Assembly (NCBI GenBank): GCA_046542505.1
Contig: JBKHBH010000035.1
Coordinates: forward strand, 1-18,472
Source: Thermovirgaceae bacterium
GTDB taxonomy: Bacteria > Synergistota > Synergistia > Synergistales > Thermovirgaceae
Length of the DNA: 18,472 nt
Direction: 5' to 3'
Position 1 is the first letter of the stretch. Each line of letters opens with the position of its first letter. A program made the position numbers and the translations under genes. Positions 1 through 7,998 of the stretch are shown one piece after another. The notes under the pieces were generated by a model. It was not told the DNA's origin. It worked only from the letters and a program-made list of their open reading frames with translations, and did not search any database.

Positions 1-48
1 GAAGTCTTGATGGATCCGCAAAAACCTGTCGCGGCGGAACCTTCTTGA
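1..48 (+). CDS. possible 3' end of an upstream gene (EVLMDPQKPVAAEPS*), product unknown
   Basis: Frame 1 is open from the window edge to TGA at 46-48, 46 nt before the next start. Too short to identify. Confidence 0.3.
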   Translation, partial: EVLMDPQKPVAAEPS

Positions 49-94
49 TGTATACTCCACTTCGGCATCTTCCGAATATCAAGGAGGTACGTTC

Positions 95-919
95 ATGTCC
101 CTGTGCTATATCGACGGCGGCTTTGTCCCCGTTTCCGAAGCGAGGATTCCCGTCACCGACCTTTCGGTGCAGCGGGGCATCGGAGTCTTTGAAACTATAC
201 GAACCTACGGTGGCCGTCCCATGGCGCTCACGAGACACCTTTTCCGGCTCCGCGACTCCGCGGCACGCTGCGGGATATCCCTTCCCATGGACCTGGAAGA
301 GATAAAAAAAATCATCCGTGAAGGCTTGTCGAAAATAGAGGGTGACAGCCGCGCCCGGCCCTATGTTACCGGCGGAGACGAAATGCGGGACGGCATCTTC
401 CCGAGCCCCCGGTTCTTCGCCTTCTTCGAGCCCCTTAACCCTCCGCCGCTCGAGCTCTACGCCAGAGGGGCCGCCCTCTTTCCCGTGGACATGGAACGTC
501 CCCTGTCGTTTCTCAAAAGCATCAACTACATGCAGGGCTACCTGCCCCTGCGAGAGGATCCCGACGCTCTTGAAATCCTCTACTGCCCCGGCGGCGAGAT
601 CACCGAATCCTCCCACAGCAACGCCTTCATGGTGAAAGACGCCCGGATCATCACGGCGCCTCTGGAGCGGGTCCTTGACGGGACCATGCGAGGAATGACC
701 CTCGAAGTCGCAAGGGAAGCGGGCTTCGAAACGGAAGAACGCACTCCCCGCGTCGCGGAACTGGTGGAGGCACAGGAATTTTTCATTACCGGCAGTGTGA
801 AGGAAATCCTGCCCGTGGTCCGCATAGGCAAGACATCCATCGCAAACGGACAGCCCGGGCCTGTCGCAAAACTGCTTCGCCAACGGTACCTGCAGAACCT
901 GGAGAGATGGTTGGAGTAA
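95..919 (+). CDS. dat: PLP fold-type IV aminotransferase, probably non-canonical D-amino-acid transaminase
   Basis: 274 aa with RBS AAGGAGG at 81-87. Class IV motifs: GVFETIR, HLxRL, catalytic Lys141 in LKSINY, E171-SSHSN, VLDGTMR, FITGSVKEILPV. R27/R88/H174/K236 match the recalled pattern of the Aminobacterium colombiense-type DAAT. Confidence 0.85.
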   Translation: MSLCYIDGGFVPVSEARIPVTDLSVQRGIGVFETIRTYGGRPMALTRHLFRLRDSAARCGISLPMDLEEIKKIIREGLSKIEGDSRARPYVTGGDEMRDGIFPSPRFFAFFEPLNPPPLELYARGAALFPVDMERPLSFLKSINYMQGYLPLREDPDALEILYCPGGEITESSHSNAFMVKDARIITAPLERVLDGTMRGMTLEVAREAGFETEERTPRVAELVEAQEFFITGSVKEILPVVRIGKTSIANGQPGPVAKLLRQRYLQNLERWLE

Positions 920-936
920 GGCCGAACACACGAATT

Positions 937-1830
937 CTAGATCGAGATGTCATAATCCATCAACAATTTCCCCAGTCTGTCGATCTTCTTGTGTGCGGCA
1001 TCGAACTTGCTGGACCCCAGTGCCGCCACCAGGGCATCACATATGGTCATCAACGACAGGGAACTGTAATGACTTGTGTTCTGTGGCGCATGGAGCAATT
1101 CTGTCGCAAGCGGGGCGGCGGCACTGGAAAGGCTGTTGGTTATGAGAACCGTGGGGATTCCGTTTTCAGCAGCGAACTGCACGCATGAGATCGTGCGTTT
1201 CGTATAGTGCGGACTCCCGGCCATAAGTGCGACGAGGACATCGTTTTCATTCATGTCCAGTAAAACGTCGAGCATCGTATCCGTTCCAGTGGCATCGACA
1301 AGAAAAACGTCGGCCAGAAACTGCTGAAGCAGGGCTTGCAGGTACAAGGCCACACCTTTGGTCGATCGAAGGCCGATGACGTAGATTCGCCTCGAATTCA
1401 CAAGAAGTTCGACAGCCCTTGGAAAGCTTTCCGAAAGATGTTCGCTCTTCATGCCTTTCAAATTCTGTATATTTTCCTCGATAACGGCATCAAGCACGTT
1501 GGTTCCGTTCGCCCCGGCAAAGGTGTCCCGTAGCCTGTCCAGAGGCGGGATGCTCGAAGTGTACAGAACCTTCTGCAACTCCTCCTTCACGGCTGAGTAA
1601 CTTTCGAAACCGAGCCTCGTAGCGGTTCGAAGCACCGTAGCCGGGCTTGTCCCCGTCGCCTTTGCCAGTTCTTCAACCGTCAGGAATGCCGCCTGCTGGT
1701 AATTGTTCAGGATATAGTCGCATATTTCCTTCTGTCTTTGGGGGAGCGACTTTTTCTCCGCCCGAAGGTATTGGAAAATGCCGCCGATAAAATCCTCGTG
1801 CCGTCGGGCCCTTTCTTCTTTTTTTCCCAT
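937..1830 (-). CDS. MurR/RpiR family transcriptional regulator (HTH_6 + SIS domain)
   Basis: N-terminal 'EICDYILNN..AAFLTVEELAKATGTSPATVLR..RLGFESYS' RpiR HTH. SIS-type 'RIYVIGLRST' and 'VLITNSLSS'. Divergent from the TAXI operon. Confidence 0.92.
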   Translation of the reverse strand: MGKKEERARRHEDFIGGIFQYLRAEKKSLPQRQKEICDYILNNYQQAAFLTVEELAKATGTSPATVLRTATRLGFESYSAVKEELQKVLYTSSIPPLDRLRDTFAGANGTNVLDAVIEENIQNLKGMKSEHLSESFPRAVELLVNSRRIYVIGLRSTKGVALYLQALLQQFLADVFLVDATGTDTMLDVLLDMNENDVLVALMAGSPHYTKRTISCVQFAAENGIPTVLITNSLSSAAAPLATELLHAPQNTSHYSSLSLMTICDALVAALGSSKFDAAHKKIDRLGKLLMDYDISI

Positions 1831-1904
1831 TTTTTTACCATCCCCCTTTTGGTTGCCGGGAAGTTTTCCTTCTCTAACGGGTCAACCAATTGTTTTTATG
1901 ATCA

Positions 1905-1991
1905 CAAAATTGACAGGCTTGAGCACCCGAAGTATATTCGATAATAATGCAATATGAACCTGTCATTTTGAATTATTTTGAAGCATTTTCA
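1905..1991. promoter_or_regulatory. candidate operator region (inverted repeat plus phased direct repeats)
   Basis: CAAAATTGACAGG (1905-1917) and CCTGTCATTTTG (1959-1970) form an inverted repeat with a 1-nt indel. ATTTT(G/C) recurs at 1965, 1975 and 1985. Palindrome TGAA-N5-TTCA at 1979-1991. Confidence 0.45.
1910..1938 (+). promoter_or_regulatory. sigma70-type promoter of the TAXI/opine dehydrogenase operon
   Basis: TTGACA (1910-1915), 17-nt spacer, TATATT (1933-1938). Confidence 0.8.
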
Positions 1992-2084
1992 TATCATGCT
2001 TTCTCCTGAAGTCAGATACAAGGCACCTCCCCGGGCAATCACGACCCGGGTTATAAAATACAGTAACATCTGAGGAGGGGGAAA

Positions 2085-3038
2085 ATGAGTTTGAAAAAAG
2101 GCATCCTTCTGTTTCTGGTAGCGGCGTTGCTCACATCAGCGGGAACCGCTCTCGCGGTTGAAAGGCTCTCCTTCGCAACGGGGGGAACGGCCGGAACGTA
2201 TTACCCAATCGGTTCAGGAATCGCTTCCATAGTAACCAAGCAGTTACCTGATCTCGAGATTACCGCAGAAACCACCGGCGCTTCGGTGGCAAACCTGAAA
2301 ATGCTCAGGGACAAACGCGTCGACCTTATGCTCGGGGCCTCGAACACATCTTGGGGCGCCTATGAAGGGCATGAACCCTTCGAGGGCGAACCCGTCAAGA
2401 ATATTCGGGGCATCGCCTGCCTCTACCCGGAAATTTTCCAGTTCGTCGTACGGGAAGGCTCCGACCAGGAAACGATTTACGACCTGAAAGGCAAAAAAGT
2501 CGCTGTTGGGGCTCCTGGAAGCGGCACCGAGCGAACGGCCAAAATGGTTCTCGAAGCACACGGTCTTACTTACGATGATATCGATGTGCAGTTCCTCAAC
2601 TTCGGAGAAGCCGTCACGGCATTGAAAGATCGTCTCATCGACTGCGCCGTCATCGGCTCGGGCATCCCGACATCTGCTGTCGTCGATGCTTCTGCCTCCA
2701 TGGAAATCAACCTCCTCGAACTCGACATCCCTGTCATGGAAGAATTCATGGAAGACCGCCCATATCTCACCCTTATCACAATTCCGGGCGAAACATACAC
2801 CGGAGTGTCCGAGGACGTCAAAGCCGTCGCCAGCCCGGCTATCCTCAGTGCGGAGAAAGACATCAGTGAGGAAACCGTTTACAAGATCGTCAAGGCGATT
2901 TTCGAAAACCTCGACGAACTCGCAGGCATCCACGCCCAAGGCAAAATGATAAAGCTTGAAACCGCCTTGAGCGCCATGTCGATTCCGCTTCATCCCGGAG
3001 CTAAAAAGTATTACAAGGAAGTCGGTGTGCTGAAGTAA
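2085..3038 (+). CDS. TAXI family TRAP transporter solute-binding protein
   Basis: 317 aa with a signal peptide ending ALA. Motifs ATGGTAGTYY, TGASVANL, LYPE, DLKGKKVAVGAPGSGT, IPLHPGAKKYYKEVG. RBS GAGGAGG. Confidence 0.95.
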   Translation: MSLKKGILLFLVAALLTSAGTALAVERLSFATGGTAGTYYPIGSGIASIVTKQLPDLEITAETTGASVANLKMLRDKRVDLMLGASNTSWGAYEGHEPFEGEPVKNIRGIACLYPEIFQFVVREGSDQETIYDLKGKKVAVGAPGSGTERTAKMVLEAHGLTYDDIDVQFLNFGEAVTALKDRLIDCAVIGSGIPTSAVVDASASMEINLLELDIPVMEEFMEDRPYLTLITIPGETYTGVSEDVKAVASPAILSAEKDISEETVYKIVKAIFENLDELAGIHAQGKMIKLETALSAMSIPLHPGAKKYYKEVGVLK

Positions 3039-3060
3039 ACAACCCTATTCCCACGGTTCC

Positions 3061-3103
3061 AGGAGCGGGACACTTCGCCAAGCGGCAAGGTGTCCCGCTC
3101 TTT
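3061..3103 (+). terminator. intercistronic stem-loop after the binding-protein gene (partial terminator or mRNA stabiliser)
   Basis: GAGCGGGACAC (3063-3073) pairs perfectly with GTGTCCCGCTC (3090-3100). Only TTT follows. Confidence 0.55.
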
Positions 3104-3127
3104 ACCGAAAAAGCGGTGATTTCCCCT

Positions 3128-3655
3128 ATGGCCTTGAAGAAAAGACTGATTCTGCCGGGTTTCTTTTTCGCGATTGCCGGAATTGTTTTTCTCCTGACCC
3201 CGGTGACGGTTCTCGAAATCGAGAACACTGATGCCCGGCGGTGCATCTACCGGCAACCCGTCCGGGCCGGGTATAACTTCGCCACTTTCATACGCCATTC
3301 CGTGCACCTGACGCCTGTCTACGAATATTACACAATCGACAAGGCGGGCCGGATCATTCTCACGGGCACCCGGCTTCAGGATCTGGGTTGGGGAGTCCCC
3401 TCAACGTTCAGCGAAAAATCCCGGTTCGAAGAGGACTTTCTCGTCATAGAAGGAATGAACAAACCGATCAGGTTCATCCCTTTCAGGGTAAGCCATATCA
3501 CCGGGCCGAGGCTTCTTCTGGACGGGGGCGACCGCGTTGTAGAACTTTCCAGTGTCACAGAAGACATGGACCGTCTTGATATACGCACCCGGCGTGACCC
3601 GAGGTGGAAACAGTTGATACGAGGTGAAACCGATGAGTTTCCAAAACAAGAATAA
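3128..3655 (+). CDS. DUF1850-like accessory protein of TAXI-TRAP systems
   Basis: N-terminal hydrophobic anchor. 'FIRHSVHLTPVYEYY' and 'LGWGVP' resemble the DUF1850 HS...P..E and G.G.P motifs. Lies between the SBP and permease genes. ATG 3128 follows GGTGA (alternative GTG 3116). Confidence 0.8.
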   Translation: MALKKRLILPGFFFAIAGIVFLLTPVTVLEIENTDARRCIYRQPVRAGYNFATFIRHSVHLTPVYEYYTIDKAGRIILTGTRLQDLGWGVPSTFSEKSRFEEDFLVIEGMNKPIRFIPFRVSHITGPRLLLDGGDRVVELSSVTEDMDRLDIRTRRDPRWKQLIRGETDEFPKQE

Positions 3656-5618
3656 CACTCCGGAACCAGAAGAAAAGAACAACGACCAGGTAGAGCAGAT
3701 CACCAGGAAACTGGACAGGAAACGGGAACTCACAGGTTGGGCCGGAAGGGTTTGTTTTATCCTGGCCGTTTCCATGTCTCTTTTCCACCTGTATTCCTCA
3801 GGCATCAAAATGCTTCCCCAAATGCAGCTCAGAGCCATTCACCTGGCCTTTGCCATGGGCCTTACTTTTTTTATCTATCCTGCAAGCGACAGGCAGCAGA
3901 AAAAAGTCCCCTGGTTCGATATCGCCGCCATCATCTTTTCACTTGCAGTGGGAGCGTATCTGACCCTTGATTACATGAACATCGTCATGCGGGCCGGGGA
4001 CCCCTTGATGAGGGACCTCATCCTCGGCGGCATCACTATCTTTCTTGTTCTGGAAGCAACAAGGCGAACCATGGGGTGGCCGCTGGTAATCGTCGCGGCG
4101 GCATTTCTTCTTTACGCCTTTTACGGCCACCTCATTCCCGGATCTCTCGGACATCGTCAATACACGCTCACGAGAATAATCGAGCACATGTTCCTTACAA
4201 GCGAAGGTATTTACGGCGTCGCAATTTACGTCACGGCCACCTTTGTCTTCGTTTTTATCCTACTGGGGGCTTTCCTGGCTGAAACAGGCGGTGCCCAGGC
4301 GTTCATCGACCTCGCTTTCTCGATCACCGGCCGATATAGGGGAGGGCCGGCCAAGGCAGCGGTCGTGGGAAGCGGACTGATGGGCACGATTTCAGGAAGC
4401 TCCTTCGCCAACGTGGCGGGAACGGGGACCTTCACCATTCCCCTGATGAAAAGCGTGGGCTACAAGCCTGAATTCGCCGGCGGTGTTGAAGCCGCCGCTT
4501 CGTCCGGGGGCCAGATCATGCCCCCCATCATGGGCGCGGCGGCCTTTATCATGGCCGAAATGACCGGCGTGCCCTACGGGAAACTGATCATTCATGCCGC
4601 GATCCCCGCAGTTCTCTATTACGTTTCTGTCTTTCTCATGGTGGACCTGGAAGCCGCGAAAATGGGCTTGAGCGGTCTCCGGAAAGACCAACTCCCCCGG
4701 TTTTTCGAGGTCCTGAAAAGAGGCGGGTTCCTCCTGCTGGCCCCCCTCAGCATCATCTACATGCTTATCGCCGGCTACTCCCCCATCAAGGCATCCTTTA
4801 CGGCCGTGACTTTTGTCATCATCGCCAGCTTCTTCAGGAAAGAAACACGCCTTACGCCGCACAAATTCCTGAAAGCCCTTGAAAGCGGTGCCAGAAACTC
4901 GCTAAGCGTGATTTGCGCCTGCGCCGTGGCGGGCCTGATCGTCGGCACGGTAACCCTCACAGGCCTTGGCCTGAAATTTGCGGACCTCATCGTTACACTT
5001 TCCATGGGGCAGCTTTACCCAGCACTTGCCCTGACGATGCTCGCATCCATCGTCATGGGGATGGGGATGCCCACGACAGCTCTCTATATCATCCTGGGTT
5101 CCATGGTGGCCCCCGCCCTGGTCAAGCTCAACGTTCCCATCGTTGCGGCCCATCTTTTTATTTTCTATTTTGGATGCATGGCCGCGGTTACTCCGCCGGT
5201 GGCGCTCAGTTCATACCTTGCGGCGGCAATCGCAAAAGGAGATTCCGTCCGCACCGCCCTCAACGGGTTGAAGCTCGCCCTCGCCGCGTTCATCCTCCCC
5301 TATATTTTTGCTCTGGAACCACAGCTCCTCCTTATCGACACCGATTTCGGGCAGGCACTTCTTGCGACGGCCACGGCGGGACTCGGGGTCCTCGCCCTTG
5401 CTTCATGCCTTGAAAATTACTTTTTCGGCAGGCTCGTTATCCTGGAACGCGTGACCCTGGGGATCGCGGCTCTGGTTCTGATGTACCCCGGCTGGGTTTC
5501 CGACCTTTCGGGTTTCGGACTCCTCCTGAGTGTCTTCGCCTCTGTGAAACTCTCAAAAAAAAGCCGCAGGATACCACTCCAGGGCGAAGAACCTGAAGGG
5601 GCGGCCGGTCGTGAATAG
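3633..5618 (+). CDS. TRAP transporter fused permease (4TM/12TM, TAXI-associated)
   Basis: Polytopic. Motifs LEATRR, GGPAKAAV, GTISGSS.AN, TIPLMK, EAAASSGGQIMPPIMGAAAF, GMGMPT, TPPVAL. ATG 3633 follows GAGGTG. Overlaps the DUF1850 gene by 23 nt. Confidence 0.95.
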   Translation: MSFQNKNNTPEPEEKNNDQVEQITRKLDRKRELTGWAGRVCFILAVSMSLFHLYSSGIKMLPQMQLRAIHLAFAMGLTFFIYPASDRQQKKVPWFDIAAIIFSLAVGAYLTLDYMNIVMRAGDPLMRDLILGGITIFLVLEATRRTMGWPLVIVAAAFLLYAFYGHLIPGSLGHRQYTLTRIIEHMFLTSEGIYGVAIYVTATFVFVFILLGAFLAETGGAQAFIDLAFSITGRYRGGPAKAAVVGSGLMGTISGSSFANVAGTGTFTIPLMKSVGYKPEFAGGVEAAASSGGQIMPPIMGAAAFIMAEMTGVPYGKLIIHAAIPAVLYYVSVFLMVDLEAAKMGLSGLRKDQLPRFFEVLKRGGFLLLAPLSIIYMLIAGYSPIKASFTAVTFVIIASFFRKETRLTPHKFLKALESGARNSLSVICACAVAGLIVGTVTLTGLGLKFADLIVTLSMGQLYPALALTMLASIVMGMGMPTTALYIILGSMVAPALVKLNVPIVAAHLFIFYFGCMAAVTPPVALSSYLAAAIAKGDSVRTALNGLKLALAAFILPYIFALEPQLLLIDTDFGQALLATATAGLGVLALASCLENYFFGRLVILERVTLGIAALVLMYPGWVSDLSGFGLLLSVFASVKLSKKSRRIPLQGEEPEGAAGRE

Positions 5619-6702
5619 CGTAACCGTTATCGGAGCGGGAAACGGGGGCATAAGCATTGCTGCATGGCTCGCGCTCAAGTCGTGCCCTGTAAGGCTTTAC
5701 GACAAATTCGACCATGCCCTCGAGGGAATCAAAAAAGCGGGGGGCATCAAGCTTGCGGCACCTTCAACGGAGGGTTTCGCACAAATTGGCACGATAACGT
5801 CTGACATAGCCGTGGCTCTTGAGGGGAGCGAACTCATCATGGTCGTCACCCCCGCTTTTGCCCACGGTGACGTCGCACGCTTTTGCGCACCCTTCCTCAC
5901 GAAGGGGCAGAAAGTCATTCTCAACCCGGGACGCACGGCGGGAGCCATAGAGTTCCGTAAAACGGTGAAGGAAAACAATCCAGAGGCGAGGTTCACCGTA
6001 GCTGAGGCCCAGTCTCTTCTTTTCGCCTGCCGCAGGACAGGTCCGGCGGAGGCGGTGATATACAAAATCAAAAACCACATGCCCCTGGCGGCACTGCCCG
6101 CCCAGTCGACTGCAGGAGCCTTGAAAGCCGTGGTCCGGTGGTTTCCGCAATTCGCTGCCGCCGGAAATGTCCTTGAAACCAGCCTGATGAACATCGGCGC
6201 CGTCTTTCACCCGACCCCATCACTCTTGAACATAGGCCGAATCGACGACGGGGAGGAGTTCGAATACTACATGCAGGGCATATCGCCCTCCATAGCCTAC
6301 GTTCTCGAGGAACTCGACGCCGAACGGGTCCGCCTGGCCCAGGCTATGGAAACGAAGACCATGACGATTTTGGAATGGCTGGAAGACGCCTACGGGATCG
6401 AGACCGGTGACGCCTCGGGAATCTACGATGCGGTACAACGCCAGGAAGTCTACCGGGGCATCTCCGCCCCAAAAGACCCGTTTACAAGATATTTGAGCGA
6501 AGACGTCCCCATGGGGCTCGTCCCTCTTTCAGAGCTTGCGCGTCTGGCCGGGGTGCCGACACCCGTCATGGATTCGGTCATCACGCTGGCAGGCACCGTA
6601 CATCAGCGTGATTATCGCAAAGAAGGGCGAAACCTGCGCAGGCTCGGCCTTGAAAACATGTCTGTGAAAGAAATTCGGGCTTTTGTCACCGAGAAAGCCT
6701 GA
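5611..6702 (+). CDS. NAD/NADP octopine/nopaline (opine) dehydrogenase family protein
   Basis: Rossmann VIGAGNGG with Asp after beta-B (YDK). Motifs VTPAFAH, LNPGRT.GA, NIGAVFHP (catalytic His), FEYY.QG, RYLSEDVPMGLVP (catalytic Asp). GTG overlaps the permease stop by 8 nt (GTGAATAG). Confidence 0.92.
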   Translation: MNSVTVIGAGNGGISIAAWLALKSCPVRLYDKFDHALEGIKKAGGIKLAAPSTEGFAQIGTITSDIAVALEGSELIMVVTPAFAHGDVARFCAPFLTKGQKVILNPGRTAGAIEFRKTVKENNPEARFTVAEAQSLLFACRRTGPAEAVIYKIKNHMPLAALPAQSTAGALKAVVRWFPQFAAAGNVLETSLMNIGAVFHPTPSLLNIGRIDDGEEFEYYMQGISPSIAYVLEELDAERVRLAQAMETKTMTILEWLEDAYGIETGDASGIYDAVQRQEVYRGISAPKDPFTRYLSEDVPMGLVPLSELARLAGVPTPVMDSVITLAGTVHQRDYRKEGRNLRRLGLENMSVKEIRAFVTEKA

Positions 6703-6743
6703 AGGCCCTGATCCCGGATTCGACAAAAAGGAGAGAGTGCGAC

Positions 6744-7793
6744 GTGACCGGCAAAAGCAGGAAAGTTGAATTTCTGTACCTGAACCAGGATGAGGTTGTT
6801 CAGTGTGGAGCCCTCGACATGGCCATGGTCATGGAAAGGATCGAGCACCTTTTCACCCTCCACGAAAATAGGGAGACCATCGTCCCCGACAAGATCGCCC
6901 TCAGGTGGGGCGACGCCGCTTCCGAAGCCGTGACGGGACGGATCAACGCCATGCCCGGCTATGTAGGCGGCGACGTTGACACAGCCGGCATAAAGTGGAT
7001 CGGCAGCAAACCCATGAACCCTTCGAATTACGGCCTTCCCCGGGCGTCGGCCCTGACAATCCTCAACGACCCCGAAACGGGGTTCCCCGTAGCCGTCATG
7101 GACGGTACAGTGATCAGCGCCATGCGAACCGGCGCTGTCACGGGAGTGGCGGCGAAGCACCTCGCCCGGAGAGATTCCAAGCGTGCAGCTTTCATTGGTG
7201 CCGGAACCCAGAACCACACCCAGCTGCTCGCAGTGACCACTGCCGTCCCCGATATTGAAGAGATCCATATCTGCGACATTTCCGCCGAGAGGGTTGAAGC
7301 CTTCCTTGAAACAGAAACGGCGAAGCACCCGGGGCGGTCCCTTCAGGGAACCACCTCTGCGGAGGAGGCAGTAAGGGGGGCCGATATCATCGTCACGGCG
7401 ACGACATCGCTCAAGCCGATTGTGAAAGCCGACTGGATCAAGCCTGGAGTTTTCCTTGCCAACGTTGGGAACTACGAGTTCGAATTCGAAGCCGTAGAGG
7501 CCGCCGATAAAATCGTGGTGGATAACTGGGAAGCTGTCATCCACCGCGGCATACAGACCGTTGCGATAGTCGTCAATGAAGGACGGATGAATCGGGACCG
7601 CCTCCATGCGGAACTCGGTGAAATCACTTCAGGGAAAAAGGCGGGGCGGGAAAACAACATGGAGACCATTTATTTCTGCGCCGTCGGGATGGGAGCGGAG
7701 GACATTATCGTAGGTCGCCGTATCTACGAAGAAGCGGTAAACCGCGGGATCGGGACCTGGCTGACGTTATGGAACAATCCGGTCTGGATCTAG
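6744..7793 (+). CDS. ornithine cyclodeaminase/mu-crystallin family NAD-dependent enzyme, SbnB-like
   Basis: Motifs RINAMPG, GIKWIGS..NP, RAS..ILNDPETG.P, ISAMRTGA, FIGAGTQ, ADIIVTAT, LHAELGEI.SG..GR, GMG.ED. RBS AAGGAG before GTG. Confidence 0.9.
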   Translation: MTGKSRKVEFLYLNQDEVVQCGALDMAMVMERIEHLFTLHENRETIVPDKIALRWGDAASEAVTGRINAMPGYVGGDVDTAGIKWIGSKPMNPSNYGLPRASALTILNDPETGFPVAVMDGTVISAMRTGAVTGVAAKHLARRDSKRAAFIGAGTQNHTQLLAVTTAVPDIEEIHICDISAERVEAFLETETAKHPGRSLQGTTSAEEAVRGADIIVTATTSLKPIVKADWIKPGVFLANVGNYEFEFEAVEAADKIVVDNWEAVIHRGIQTVAIVVNEGRMNRDRLHAELGEITSGKKAGRENNMETIYFCAVGMGAEDIIVGRRIYEEAVNRGIGTWLTLWNNPVWI

Positions 7794-7826
7794 GGGTTTC
7801 GGTCTTGTCCCGGGATGCCTTCAACA

Positions 7827-7867
7827 AAAAAGAAGAAGCCCCCGGTGTCCGGGGGCTTCTTCTTTTT
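7827..7867 (+). terminator. strong intrinsic terminator (potentially bidirectional)
   Basis: Perfect 19-bp inverted repeat AAAAAGAAGAAGCCCCCGG-tgt-CCGGGGGCTTCTTCTTTTT, 33 nt after the OCD stop. Confidence 0.92.
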
Positions 7868-7934
7868 GCAATTTTCGGCCGACTTTTCGATGGAAATAAA
7901 ATTGAAACACCCCACTGCTTAAATCCTGTGTTTT

Positions 7935-7943
7935 TGCTATGAT
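7935..7943 (+). promoter_or_regulatory. extended -10 promoter element for the DUF2207-like gene
   Basis: TGcTATGAT in an AT-rich intergenic stretch. No convincing -35. Confidence 0.45.
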
Positions 7944-7998
7944 AGAGTAAATCAACTTTCTGTCCGGATGATCCAAAAATGAAAGGAACCGTTGTGGG

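Noticed and set aside
2030..2050. CCCGGG-N9-CCCGGG hairpin in the TAXI leader as a riboswitch
   Set aside because: A single 6-bp stem with no recognisable aptamer or expression platform.
2244..2993. 249-aa minus-strand ORF
   Set aside because: Lies wholly antisense to the well-supported TAXI SBP and has no family motif.
5611..6702. Opine dehydrogenase as a CntM-like metallophore biosynthesis enzyme
   Set aside because: No nicotianamine-synthase-like CntL, exporter or metal ABC importer is present. The context (importer plus second dehydrogenase) looks catabolic.
6612..7607. 331-aa minus-strand ORF
   Set aside because: Antisense shadow of the OCD-family gene, with no recognisable motifs. 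Long antisense frames are common with GC-rich codon usage.
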